Shown piece after piece: positions 54,919 to 63,826 of a stretch of 64,000 nt of DNA. Numbering within the stretch: position 1 is the stretch's first letter; the number at the start of each line of letters is the position of its first letter. The stretch covers positions 32,001 to 96,000 of the IMG/VR virus record IMGVR_UViG_3300014325_000011; one strand, given 5' to 3'. The notes under the pieces were generated by a model. It worked only from the letters and a program-made list of their open reading frames with translations, searched no databases and was not told the origin of the DNA. This DNA comes from a virus. The position numbers and the translations under genes are program-made.

Positions 54919-54997
54919 CAGAACCGTGATCAGCGTGACGACGTACACGCAGGGACTGAGCCTCAGCCGTTCCGGTGGTCTTCGAGGTCGTCGCAGG

Positions 54998-55204
54998 TCA
55001 GTAGCGTCGACTCGTGGGGACAGGAACGCCCGGGGCGGCCTCGGTGTGGAGCCGGTGTCCGAGGTCGTGGCCGCAGACGCAGTTCCCCGCACCTGAGTGG
55101 ACGTCTCGGGCGTAGACGTGCGGACGTCCGTACTGGCCCTTGAACGGGCCGACGGTGCCCTCGAAGCCGGGAACGTCGACAGTTGCGGCGGCAGCGAGGC
55201 TCAT
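54998..55204 (-). CDS. Small His/Cys protein
   Basis: PHVYARD..SGAGNCVCG...LH. Confidence 0.55.
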   Translation of the reverse strand: MSLAAAATVDVPGFEGTVGPFKGQYGRPHVYARDVHSGAGNCVCGHDLGHRLHTEAAPGVPVPTSRRY

Positions 55205-55533
55205 CCCTGATCTTCCCTTGCTGTAGCAGTCGGGCCTTGCAGGAACGCGGTCAGCTTCCCGGTTGCGACGTCTTCGTCGAGGTCGTCGAGGTTGACCAGT
55301 AGCCCTGACCACGTCTCGGCAGGGTCGGAAGCACTAGAGGGGAGTTCCCTCCACTGGTCGGAGGGCCCCATGTCGCCGTGCTGACCGGTGTAGCCGTCGA
55401 ACCGCCACTGCCGGCCGCAGATGTCGCACTGCCAGACCGAGTTCCGGTCGAACGCGGTTCCTTTGCCCGAGTCAGGCTTCTTGCACGCACGCGCAGTGTG
55501 AGCAGGCAGGTTGTTCTTGGTGATCCACGGCAT
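55201..55533 (-). CDS. Small zinc-ribbon protein
   Basis: H...C...SVWQCDICGRQW. Confidence 0.55.
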   Translation of the reverse strand: MPWITKNNLPAHTARACKKPDSGKGTAFDRNSVWQCDICGRQWRFDGYTGQHGDMGPSDQWRELPSSASDPAETWSGLLVNLDDLDEDVATGKLTAFLQGPTATAREDQG

Positions 55534-55548
55534 GTCAGACCCCCACGC

Positions 55549-55734
55549 CTAGTAGCACTGCCAACGGGCGCCGCAGTCGCAGCGCATCCCAGACCAGCGG
55601 ACCTTCAGCCGGCGGGAACAGCCCTTGGCGTGCTTTCGGTGCCCATTGGGGAGCCGTTCGCCAACCCGGTCCACCACGGACACCGTATTGGGGTCACGCT
55701 CATCGACGATGACCTGATACCGAGCTTCTTCCAC
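55549..55734 (-). CDS. Small Cys/His protein
   Basis: HAKGC...CDCG; TAGAAT lies 6 nt upstream of the GTG. Confidence 0.45.
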   Translation of the reverse strand: MEEARYQVIVDERDPNTVSVVDRVGERLPNGHRKHAKGCSRRLKVRWSGMRCDCGARWQCY

Positions 55735-55984
55735 CTGCCCATTCTACCGCGTTTCCGCTGGTAGGGTGGTGTGTAGGTGCCGCCCATCCGACCGGGTGAT
55801 CGCGACGAACAAACCCATCGGGCGGCGCCCCTCAAGCGGAACCGCGATGGTTCCTTGGGGCGGGAGGCGAGGGAACCACCGGGCGTCGCGCCGTAGCCGC
55901 GACACCCCCGTAAGGGGCTGACATCTCGGCCCGGCCTCCCGCCCAACCTACCCGGTGCGCGGTGAAAGCCCATTCACTGCGATC

Positions 55985-56176
55985 ATGGATCGCATGAACG
56001 TTTCAGTTGATGTAGATGTGGGGGCGATTGTCGACGCCCGGGTAGCAGCCCGGATTGAACGGGTCCGCCGGCGGCGTGCAGCGCTAGCCGCCTTCCAGAA
56101 AGCGCACGTTCAGCGCCGCGAGTACGGCAACCGTGCGCGCCATGCGGCGAAACTCGCCCGTCAGGCAGACGGGTGA
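55985..56176 (+). CDS. Small basic protein
   Basis: Arg-rich helix; start uncertain. Confidence 0.4.
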   Translation: MDRMNVSVDVDVGAIVDARVAARIERVRRRRAALAAFQKAHVQRREYGNRARHAAKLARQADG

Positions 56177-56333
56177 ACCTCAACCGCCGGTTCGGTCGCC
56201 ACCACGGCGTGCATGGCCCCGCAGGGTTCCGCGTCCCACGGCTGGTCACACTGGCCACAGACGGGGCGGGAACGGGCTGTACGAAGCGCCTCAGCCCACG
56301 CCGCGGCGAACGAGCCAAGCTCGGCAGTCTCAG

Positions 56334-56561
56334 TCACGCCGCCTCCCATTCGTCGTCGTAGCTGGCACTGGGGGCGCGATGCCTGAGCGGTTCGAGGTCT
56401 GCGAAACGCCACAGCAACGGGCGGTGTCCGGTGGTGAGCTGGGCCGCAGGCTGGATGCCGTGCCGGGCCAACAGTTTCCGGGTCGCCATGTAGTCGCGTT
56501 GGGGGTTGTGGCGGAAGAAGGTGCAGGCGTCGCGCAACAGCAAGAAGCCCGGAGGTGGCAT
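56334..56561 (-). CDS. Small hypothetical protein, possibly DNA-binding
   Basis: GGAGG RBS; downstream of a TTGACC/TAGGAT promoter. Confidence 0.5.
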   Translation of the reverse strand: MPPPGFLLLRDACTFFRHNPQRDYMATRKLLARHGIQPAAQLTTGHRPLLWRFADLEPLRHRAPSASYDDEWEAA

Positions 56562-56597
56562 CGGCAACCTCCGGGCACACTTCTGGACGCATCTCCG

Positions 56598-56625
56598 ATC
56601 CTATACATCTCGGCGGCGGGGTCAA
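56598..56625 (-). promoter_or_regulatory. Sigma70-type promoter
   Basis: TTGACC-N16-TAGGAT. Confidence 0.45.
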
Positions 56626-56651
56626 CAGCGGGGTCCGCACAACACGTCGTG

Positions 56652-56775
56652 TCGGGGTGGCCGGACTCGAACCGGCGACCGGGCCGCCTGCCACACGTCG
56701 ACCATCTCGCGCGCGCTCCAGTCGACGTCGGGATTCGAACCCTGGCGCTCCACCCAGCCTTTGCCTTTCACCCCA
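56652..56775 (-). ncRNA. Atypical tRNA-like RNA with two T-arms
   Basis: TGGGGTG/CACCCCG-A acceptor-like stem; GCCGG-TTCGAGT-CCGGC and GGG-TTCGAAT-CCC; ACGTCGAC/GTCGACGT stem. Confidence 0.55.
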
Positions 56776-57010
56776 TGTCCGATTCTGCCAGCCAGATCTC
56801 CGCCTTGTGATGCTCACAGTCGCAGCGAGTGTCGCAGGTCCGCCACCATGCCTGGCCGAAGTGTCGTTGACCAGTCGGGTAGTAGCGCCACTCGTAGCAG
56901 TCCAGGCAGGTTCCGTCGTCGGGCGGGAGGATGCCGCGCTCGCGCTCCACAGCGGTCTCGTTCCGCTCGACCGCTCGGGCGGCCATCCGGGCTTCCCAGG
57001 TGTCAGGCAT
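56768..57010 (-). CDS. Small Cys-rich protein
   Basis: CLDC...CDTRCDCEHH. Confidence 0.55.
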   Translation of the reverse strand: MPDTWEARMAARAVERNETAVERERGILPPDDGTCLDCYEWRYYPTGQRHFGQAWWRTCDTRCDCEHHKAEIWLAESDMG

Positions 57011-57251
57011 CCTCGCCGGTCTCCCCGTGGATCGCATCCCACATACCCATGACGACGTCCCACCGCCGCTCGATCGTGCCGGGAACATGCTGCGGGTTCG
57101 AGCAGCGCCAGTCGACGTACGGAACACCGTCCTCGCCAACCCCAGTGAACGACTCCCGGGGGGCACCGCAGCCCACGCAGAAGCCGTACAGGGTGATGTT
57201 CCGCCAGTCGGCGGCGGTCCAGGTCGACCGGTCGGCGCTAGCCACAACCAA
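57003..57251 (-). CDS. Small zinc-ribbon protein
   Basis: CVGCGAPR...CSNPQH. Confidence 0.55.
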   Translation of the reverse strand: MVVASADRSTWTAADWRNITLYGFCVGCGAPRESFTGVGEDGVPYVDWRCSNPQHVPGTIERRWDVVMGMWDAIHGETGEDA

Positions 57252-57459
57252 CCTCCCGCCGGCAGCGTGAACACAGATGCCGCGCCCGCCGTCGCACCAT
57301 CACCGCCTTGTCGTCGAACTGTGCGCCGCACACGGTGACCACGGGGCCGCTGGGAATCGTGTTCCAGCCGGCCGGTTCGGGTGGCGGGTCGGCGATCAGG
57401 CTGAGGTGTAGCTGCTGTTCGAGACGGCCGCGGAGCACGGCCCGAAGCTGGTCAGGCAT
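57238..57459 (-). CDS. Small zinc-finger protein
   Basis: H...TVCG...LCSRC. Confidence 0.55.
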   Translation of the reverse strand: MPDQLRAVLRGRLEQQLHLSLIADPPPEPAGWNTIPSGPVVTVCGAQFDDKAVMVRRRARHLCSRCRREVGCG

Positions 57460-57763
57460 CGTCGCCCAGCAGCCCGGCGAGCTTTCCGTGGGCCTCGGCT
57501 ATCCAGTCGCGCCTGTACCAAGCGGTCGAGTAGGGCTCCAGGGTGCCGTCGTCGAGCGCTTCGGGATCGGTCGCGGCAGCCAGTTCCTTCGCCGCAGCTT
57601 CGATGGCCAGTAGCCGGCCGATCGGACCGTACTCGACTCCGACCTTGTGGCCGCCACCCGTACAGGGACTGTCATCGTCGTCGGGCACTATCAGGTCGTC
57701 GTAGTGGTCGACAGCGAACCAGTCGCCGCAGTGCTCGCACCAGTGGCGGTCGTCGACTGTCAT
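57452..57763 (-). CDS. Hypothetical protein
   Basis: HWCEHCG; coupled. Confidence 0.55.
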   Translation of the reverse strand: MTVDDRHWCEHCGDWFAVDHYDDLIVPDDDDSPCTGGGHKVGVEYGPIGRLLAIEAAAKELAAATDPEALDDGTLEPYSTAWYRRDWIAEAHGKLAGLLGDDA

Positions 57764-58062
57764 GGCCGACCTGGGATCGCCGAGACGAGAAACGACTTCA
57801 CTCCACCCGCGCCCACCAGCCGCCGGCCGCCTGACAGATGTAGCGGCCCCTCATACTCGCCTGGCGGCAGGTAGACGGTCACACCCTCTGGGGTGCTGTC
57901 GACGAACTCTTGGAGCGACATGCCGGGGCGGATGACGGCCGGCGTCTCGGTGAACCGCGGTCGCGTCGATCGCGGTTGGCCGGCTCCAGCCCACATTGCA
58001 GTGGTCCAGTCGAGCACCTCGGCGCGGGTGTGTTCGTAGAGCTGGCGCAGGTCGTCAGTCAT
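57760..58062 (-). CDS. Hypothetical protein with a beta-helix N-cap-like fragment
   Basis: SLQEFVDSTPEGVTVYLPPGEY. Confidence 0.5.
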   Translation of the reverse strand: MTDDLRQLYEHTRAEVLDWTTAMWAGAGQPRSTRPRFTETPAVIRPGMSLQEFVDSTPEGVTVYLPPGEYEGPLHLSGGRRLVGAGGVKSFLVSAIPGRP

Positions 58063-58251
58063 CGTGGGTATCCCTTCGCTGCTCTCGGCGCCACGCCTAG
58101 CCCTCCCGACGTCGGGTTACACGGCAGGCCATCCTGCCCCACTGGCGGGCGTTGCGCTTCCCATGATGGGTGCCGTGGTTCGGGACGCCCGGGGGAGTCT
58201 CGCCATATGGGTCGAACATCGACTGGTGGGAGCGGGACAGCATCGGACCTT

Positions 58252-58437
58252 TCACCATTGCTCCGCCTTCCAGAACCTGTCTTCCCGTCGCCGTGCCCAC
58301 CGTCGCCAGAACCGGCCGTCAGCCGCTCGAACCTGCGGCTTGCAACGCCGGCCATGAGACCGGGGGTGGTGGATGTGCTCGTCGCCGGGGTCGTCCGTAG
58401 TCAGCTTCGACCGGGCGAGCATCGGACCGTCAGTCAT
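58252..58437 (-). CDS. Small basic protein
   Basis: MTDGPMLAR...RRREDRFWK. Confidence 0.45.
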   Translation of the reverse strand: MTDGPMLARSKLTTDDPGDEHIHHPRSHGRRCKPQVRAADGRFWRRWARRREDRFWKAEQW

Positions 58438-58702
58438 CGGATCGGAACGTGACGTGCTGCGGCTTGTTTCTCTCCACCGACAGGACCAGTACGCCTCCGA
58501 AGCCCGGCGGCTGATTGAGGACGGCGTGGGTGCCTTCCACGCCAGCCCGGCGAATCGGCCGCAAGAACTGCGGGCGGGCGGGTGCCCCGCTGTCCTCGCG
58601 GAGAACGGCGACGATCGGCGTGTCCGGCCCCCACGTGTCGAGCAGGACGCTGGTGGCCTCGGCAAGGTCTCCGAGAGTCAGTGGTGCGCCATTCTCAGCC
58701 AT
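58430..58702 (-). CDS. Hypothetical protein
   Basis: GAGGGAG RBS; LTLGDL...PDTPIV. Confidence 0.55.
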   Translation of the reverse strand: MAENGAPLTLGDLAEATSVLLDTWGPDTPIVAVLREDSGAPARPQFLRPIRRAGVEGTHAVLNQPPGFGGVLVLSVERNKPQHVTFRSDD

Positions 58703-59003
58703 CGTTTCTCCCTCGGTAGCGGACCGCGAACCCGGGCAAGCCCAGTCCGAAATCCGGGTCGGACGATGCGGGCCGCAGTGGGGCGCGTAGCTCGGTCTCG
58801 TCAGGCGAGCACATCGGCCGACCCTGCGACAGGCCAGCTTGGACGCCGACCCAGCGGAACGGCTCGTCGCACTGTGCGCAGGACACCCGGATGTCGGCGG
58901 CATACCCGGTCACCGGGCCGCCATCGGTGGCGGTCAGACGGTTGACGTCAACGAAGGCGTTGAAGTCCTCATGCGGGCAGGGAAGGTCAGCATTGGCGGT
59001 CAT
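58695..59003 (-). CDS. Zn-binding hypothetical protein
   Basis: CPHEDF...VSCAQCDEPFRW. Confidence 0.6.
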   Translation of the reverse strand: MTANADLPCPHEDFNAFVDVNRLTATDGGPVTGYAADIRVSCAQCDEPFRWVGVQAGLSQGRPMCSPDETELRAPLRPASSDPDFGLGLPGFAVRYRGRNDG

Positions 59004-59135
59004 GGGTTCCTTCCTTCGCTACCGCGCGGTGCGCCTTGTGGCGTTCGATCGCCGCAGCGAGCAGGTCGACCAGCGCCGGGTCCAGTTCGTCCGCGTCCAG
59101 GCGGACACAGACCGCATTGACGAGCTGATGGGGTG

Positions 59136-59504
59136 TCACGAGTCCTCCCAGTGCGATCCGACGATGGTTCGCGGTTGGCCGTCGGGGGCGACCAGGTCGA
59201 CATGCTGGCCGGTGCCGTCGGACATGGTGATGACCAGCGTGAAGGCGCCCATGGCCGCCCGTTCCAAATGGACCATGGTGATCGTCGTCGAATCGGACGG
59301 GCGGACGACGATCTCGTCGAGGCCGCCGCCGTCCTCCCCGATGTGACCCCACGGCAGGTCTCGGCTGACGAACGCGGCCGACCCTTTGCAGACGCCGTCT
59401 GGGGGTGGCGGTCCGGGCTGGCCGTAGGCCGTGTCCGTGGCGGCACAGTCCAGGCAGTGCCAGGTTTCGTCGTCCTCATCCCAGTGCCAGCGGTGGCCGG
59501 TCAC
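59136..59504 (-). CDS. Hypothetical protein
   Basis: HRW...CLDC; DEIVV...VHLER. Confidence 0.55.
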   Translation of the reverse strand: MTGHRWHWDEDDETWHCLDCAATDTAYGQPGPPPPDGVCKGSAAFVSRDLPWGHIGEDGGGLDEIVVRPSDSTTITMVHLERAAMGAFTLVITMSDGTGQHVDLVAPDGQPRTIVGSHWEDS

Positions 59505-59932
59505 GGCAGCGCCTCCCGAAGCGCGTCAACCAGCCAGTAGGCGCCCTCTGTGGTCGTCAACGCACTCCACACGGCGGCCATCACCTCATGGTCGGTGTCC
59601 CGCCGGGCGTACTCGACTTCCCGCTGGGCGGGGGAACTGAACGGGTTGCAGCCCGCGTCGTAGTGGCCGAGACAGCGCTCACAGACGTAGCCGACCCCCT
59701 TCGACTTCGCGAAGCACAGCGGCAACTCGCAGCATTCACAGTGGAAGCGGGCGATCGGCGGGCGGATGCCCCGCGGGCGACCCTCAACTGGGCCGATCAG
59801 GCGCTGCACGTCAACCGGATGCTCATGGGCGAACGCGACCCGCTCGTCCATGGTCCAGCCGACGCCGCTACGGGTGGAGAGGATGCCGCAGACGTCGCAG
59901 CACAACTGCCACACCTTCTCGTCGGGATTCAT
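59501..59932 (-). CDS. Cys-rich hypothetical protein
   Basis: CDVC, CECC, CERC. Confidence 0.55.
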   Translation of the reverse strand: MNPDEKVWQLCCDVCGILSTRSGVGWTMDERVAFAHEHPVDVQRLIGPVEGRPRGIRPPIARFHCECCELPLCFAKSKGVGYVCERCLGHYDAGCNPFSSPAQREVEYARRDTDHEVMAAVWSALTTTEGAYWLVDALREALP

Positions 59933-60204
59933 CGCGCATCCTCGGTTTCGACCGCACGCCCGGACGGCCCCAACTGGAAGGTGCTCAGCACCGGGTCTCC
60001 GTCCATCAGCCGACGCTGATGTGGAATCTGTGCCTCGCAGAACCGTTCGGCCTCGGCTCGGTCGCGGAACAGGTCGACGGACACGTAGTACGGGTCTCGG
60101 CCGGTACAGACCGTGTAGACGGTCACGGTCTGGTTGCGGCGGGCTGCACGCCAGCCGAGCGCGAACCCGAAGACGACGAAGACCGCGGCGATGGTGGCAG
60201 TCAT
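59929..60204 (-). CDS. Small membrane-anchored protein
   Basis: N-terminal TM IAAVFVVFGFALGW. Confidence 0.5.
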   Translation of the reverse strand: MTATIAAVFVVFGFALGWRAARRNQTVTVYTVCTGRDPYYVSVDLFRDRAEAERFCEAQIPHQRRLMDGDPVLSTFQLGPSGRAVETEDAR

Positions 60205-60779
60205 TCGCGCACTCCAGCGGGTGGTGGGACAGCGCGAAGTGACCCGGACACCCTGCGCCCGTCGGGCCACCATGAGCGGAATGTGCCCTCCCAGAGAAAC
60301 GGGGGCACCATCGCGGCGTCCGCATCAAACACAGGATCGGGCTTACGTCCACACCACGCCACAGCGTCCTCTGCGTACTCGTCACGTGTCGTCATCGACC
60401 CGTGAGACCAGTAGGTCACCCGATCGGGTTCGGCGGACACCCGCCAGCCACCCGAACAGCCGCAGGTGCAGCCGTCGAGCAGCCAGCGACGGTCGAGGCG
60501 GGCGGCTTTCGCCAACACGACCTTCTCGGGGACTTCGATATCGCCGCCACGGTCACGGATCATCCAGTTGAGGACGCGGCCAACCTCGAACCGGGACACT
60601 GACCATCCGCCGCGCGGGGGAGCCGAGAAGAAGTCGGTCTGCACGCTACTGGCGCCCATCTGGGCGAAGAACGGGCGGAGCTGGTCGACGGGGTTGCCCT
60701 GGGCAAGCTGGGCGATTCTGACCGCGTCGACGAACACCACGTCCGGGATGTGCTTGGCCTGCACCCGACCGGTGCTCAC
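60201..60779 (-). CDS. Hypothetical phage protein
   Basis: QAKHIPD...PEKVVLAK...LLDGCTCGC. Confidence 0.6.
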   Translation of the reverse strand: MSTGRVQAKHIPDVVFVDAVRIAQLAQGNPVDQLRPFFAQMGASSVQTDFFSAPPRGGWSVSRFEVGRVLNWMIRDRGGDIEVPEKVVLAKAARLDRRWLLDGCTCGCSGGWRVSAEPDRVTYWSHGSMTTRDEYAEDAVAWCGRKPDPVFDADAAMVPPFLWEGTFRSWWPDGRRVSGSLRAVPPPAGVRE

Positions 60780-61060
60780 CGGTCCGGCTCCAGTGCATCG
60801 GCGTAGTAGGCAGCGCGAAGCGAGGCACCCTCGGCGGTATTGCTGTCGAATGGCACCCGCCACCTGACCCGGCGACCGTGCCCGCAGAACACCTGCACCG
60901 TGCCCCCATCGCCGTCGGGGTAGCCAGACAGTGACGAGCCCACCCCCGGGCAGGTACGCAAATGGGCGGCTGCGCGCCGAGCGGTCTCCGACAACGCCCC
61001 CGGATTGGGTTCTTCGCCCCGACAGAATCGGGCCTCGATCTCCAGCAGGTCGGCGCTCAC
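60776..61060 (-). CDS. Hypothetical protein
   Basis: Coupled ORF. Confidence 0.45.
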   Translation of the reverse strand: MSADLLEIEARFCRGEEPNPGALSETARRAAAHLRTCPGVGSSLSGYPDGDGGTVQVFCGHGRRVRWRVPFDSNTAEGASLRAAYYADALEPDR

Positions 61061-61319
61061 GCTGCGACCACCTTCGGCTCGTCGGCGTACCGCCACAGCA
61101 CACCGCGCGGATCACGCTAGATCTCAACGGGTCGCAGCCGGCCGACCGCGGCAAGAAGCTGTTCGACATGCGTGACCACCTCGAACCGCGGGCCGTGGCG
61201 GGGAAAGTCGTGGTCGCGGACACACGGGTCGAACCAGCCTTCACCGTTCGGTGCTACACCCGCGCTCTGCGCAGGGGGCGGATCGGCTGGGATCGGAGGC
61301 CGCCCGCCATACCAGCCGA

Positions 61320-62069
61320 TCATGCAGCCCTCCCCGGGGTCAGCTCGTGCAGACGGTCATGCCCAACCCGCCACGCATGGCGCATCGACCGTTCCGACCG
61401 GCGACACAGCACCAAAGGCAACTGGCCCCAGCAGACAGGGCAGGCAGGGTCCCGCCGGTCCGCGCAGCCGGAACAGAGGGCACGGCAGGACGGATACTGC
61501 TCATCGTCGTGGCACCCCTCCGGGCCGCCCATCGAGCAGTAGACATCCCCCGACTTCGGGTCCTGGACCAGTGTCCGATTCCCACACACCCCGCAGCGGG
61601 CACCGGGGGAGCGGATCGCAACAGGAGCACGCTCAAACCGCAACATGATCAGTGCTTGGGCGCGTAGCGACCGGAAATCGGCCAGCACCTCTTCGCCGAA
61701 CGGATGACCCACCGTCAGGTCGGCAAGGTTCTCCAACGCCCATACGAAGGTTGGCTCCGTCTTGCCGAAGCCCTGCACCGGATGCAGCTTGCCAGCCCAG
61801 TAGATGACCTCTTCGCGGACCTTCTCCGCCAACGACAGCGCCGGGATGTCACCGGGAGCCTGCGAGTGCGGCTTCGCCTTCCGGATCGCCACATCGTCGC
61901 CCTGTAGCGGCGTGCCGAACTGGTGGTGCAGGCGGAACGCGAGCGGCGTGTCCTCACCGTCGTCGTTGTCGCCGGTCGGCTTGTAGGAGCGGTAAAAGTC
62001 CCACATCAGACCGCGAATCTCTTCCGCAATAGGGTCGAGGACCGTCACAAACTCATCATATCGCCGCAT
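61320..62069 (-). CDS. Cys-rich protein, possible late transcriptional regulator
   Basis: Helical N-terminus, then CGVCG...C...C and further CxxC pairs; first gene of the leftward unit. Confidence 0.5.
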   Translation of the reverse strand: MRRYDEFVTVLDPIAEEIRGLMWDFYRSYKPTGDNDDGEDTPLAFRLHHQFGTPLQGDDVAIRKAKPHSQAPGDIPALSLAEKVREEVIYWAGKLHPVQGFGKTEPTFVWALENLADLTVGHPFGEEVLADFRSLRAQALIMLRFERAPVAIRSPGARCGVCGNRTLVQDPKSGDVYCSMGGPEGCHDDEQYPSCRALCSGCADRRDPACPVCWGQLPLVLCRRSERSMRHAWRVGHDRLHELTPGRAA

Positions 62070-62138
62070 CCCCGCAGGTCAGACACGGCGGGCCGTCGCC
62101 GACCTTATCGATAGTCGGCCCCGACCGCGCCCGCACAA

Positions 62139-62154
62139 TCGAACAGTCGTTCGC
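62139..62154. promoter_or_regulatory. LexA (SOS) box-like site
   Basis: TCGAAC-AGTC-GTTCGC versus actinobacterial consensus TCGAAC-N4-GTTCGA; TAGAAT at 62165-62170. Confidence 0.55.
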
Positions 62155-62236
62155 GCTATTCCTGTAGAATTAGGGGCATAGGTTGCCCCCGCGACGCGCG
62201 AACGTCCGGGGGCGTGGCCGACTGGTTGGAGTCGAC

Positions 62237-62776
62237 ATGGAAGAGGATAAGGGCGAAGGCCCTGGCACGCCTACGACGCTGTACCGGATGTACGACGATG
62301 CGGGGACCTTGCTCTACGTCGGCATCTCGGGCACGACCGCTACGCGACTGTCCCAGCACCGCGCTGGCAAGGACTGGTGGCACCGGGTGTCGTTCATCCG
62401 GTGCGAACACTTCGCGACCCGGTCCGACGCCGCGAAGGCCGAACTGCGGGCTATCGCTGCGGAACAGCCGGAGTTCAACAAGACCGGCGCTGTCGCCGTG
62501 CCCCACCCGCCCACGGCAGAGCAGTACGCCGCCGTCCTCGCAAGGTACGAGGAGGCGCGTCGCGAACAGGAACGGCTGGAGGAACTCAAACGGCAGGCGC
62601 AGGCGCGGCGCGAGGCTGAGGAGGCGGCGCTGCGCGTCGAATACGCGGCGTTCGTGCATGACTGGGTAGCGGCTGGGATGCCGGAGTTCTTCCGGAACGA
62701 GCAGATGCGCGACAACCCCATCTTCAAGGGCTTCCTCGACCACCCCGTCGTGCTCGCTGTCCTTGCGGGCCAGTAG
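62237..62776 (+). CDS. GIY-YIG nuclease-domain protein
   Basis: TLYRMYD..GTLLYVGIS....RLSQH...KDWW...AELRAI..EQPEFN. Confidence 0.8.
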   Translation: MEEDKGEGPGTPTTLYRMYDDAGTLLYVGISGTTATRLSQHRAGKDWWHRVSFIRCEHFATRSDAAKAELRAIAAEQPEFNKTGAVAVPHPPTAEQYAAVLARYEEARREQERLEELKRQAQARREAEEAALRVEYAAFVHDWVAAGMPEFFRNEQMRDNPIFKGFLDHPVVLAVLAGQ

Positions 62777-63826
62777 CTAGAGGCCCAGACGTCGAGCGGG
62801 GTTGGTCGCGTCGAGCGCCCGACCCCGCTGCACGTAATTGCGGGCGATCTTGACCGACTTCCACCGCCCCTGTCGCATGATCTCTCGCTCTTCGACGCCC
62901 GCCCTCGCGGCAGTCGTCGCGAAGCCAGAGCGCAACGAGTGACCCGCGAAGTCGTCGGCATCTAGCCCCGCCGCCGTCGCGCGCCGCTTCACGATGAGGG
63001 CCACACTCTGCGGCGACAGGCGACGGGGGAGGATCTGCCCCGAGCGGGCGACGGGCCGGAACGCTGGACTGACATCGTGGCCAGAGTCGGCAAGCAGGGC
63101 ACACCATGCCTGCCACGCATGTACCGGGCTGGTTGCCTCCCGGTCGCCGGGCGGCAGACCGATGATGTCGCCGTCGGAACGCTGGTCGGTCTTCGACGTG
63201 GCGATCAGCACTTCTAGCCCTTCGCCTGTGTCGACGATGTTGGCCAGGTCGAGTGCGGCCAGTTCGCTGCGCCGCATTGCTCCGGCAAGGCCGAACAGCA
63301 AGATTGCGCGGTCGCGGACATCGGCCGGCTTGTCAGGGTCGAGCCCGGCCACGAGGCGAACGACGGTGGCGGTGGTGGCCGCGGTCTTTGGCGCCGAAGA
63401 GAACTCCGGGCCACGGCGCGCGATGCCTTCAAGGACGAACTGCACGGCTGCGTCGCCCGTAGGGGAGTTGTGGCCGTGGGCCTTGTGCATGACGGAGATG
63501 GAGGAGACGCGACGGAGGATCGTCGACGTCTTCGCGGGCCTACCGCCAGTCGCCTCAGTGCCGTTGTTCGCGAGGTCGGTGACGTAGCGCCAGACGGCAT
63601 CGGGGGTGGCCGGTAGAGGATCGGACTCGTGACGCGCACACCAGCCGACGAAGTGCGCCCAGTCGGTTTCGTAGGCGCGACGCGTGTTCGGGGCCATCGA
63701 CCGGTCGGCGTACTCGCGGGCCTGTGCGTCCAGCGCGGCATTGATCTCAGCGACCGAGCCGGGGACGGGGACGAGCACGCCAGCCGACACCGTTTCCAAG
63801 GTCATTACCGACCACTCTCCCGCCAT
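62777..63826 (-). CDS. Tyrosine recombinase (Cre-like)
   Basis: NTRRAY..DW..F; RDRAILL..AMRRSEL; SKTDQ; GHSLRSGF; GRWKS...Y. Confidence 0.92.
   Translation of the reverse strand: MAGEWSVMTLETVSAGVLVPVPGSVAEINAALDAQAREYADRSMAPNTRRAYETDWAHFVGWCARHESDPLPATPDAVWRYVTDLANNGTEATGGRPAKTSTILRRVSSISVMHKAHGHNSPTGDAAVQFVLEGIARRGPEFSSAPKTAATTATVVRLVAGLDPDKPADVRDRAILLFGLAGAMRRSELAALDLANIVDTGEGLEVLIATSKTDQRSDGDIIGLPPGDREATSPVHAWQAWCALLADSGHDVSPAFRPVARSGQILPRRLSPQSVALIVKRRATAAGLDADDFAGHSLRSGFATTAARAGVEEREIMRQGRWKSVKIARNYVQRGRALDATNPARRLGL

Noticed and set aside
55760-55960. cos/pac site or ncRNA in a non-coding GC-rich gap
   Set aside because: Only short imperfect inverted repeats; nothing diagnostic without read-terminus data.
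56652-56775. Canonical tRNA-Pro or tmRNA
   Set aside because: No standard D or anticodon arm, no encoded CCA, and too short for tmRNA; reported as tRNA-like only.
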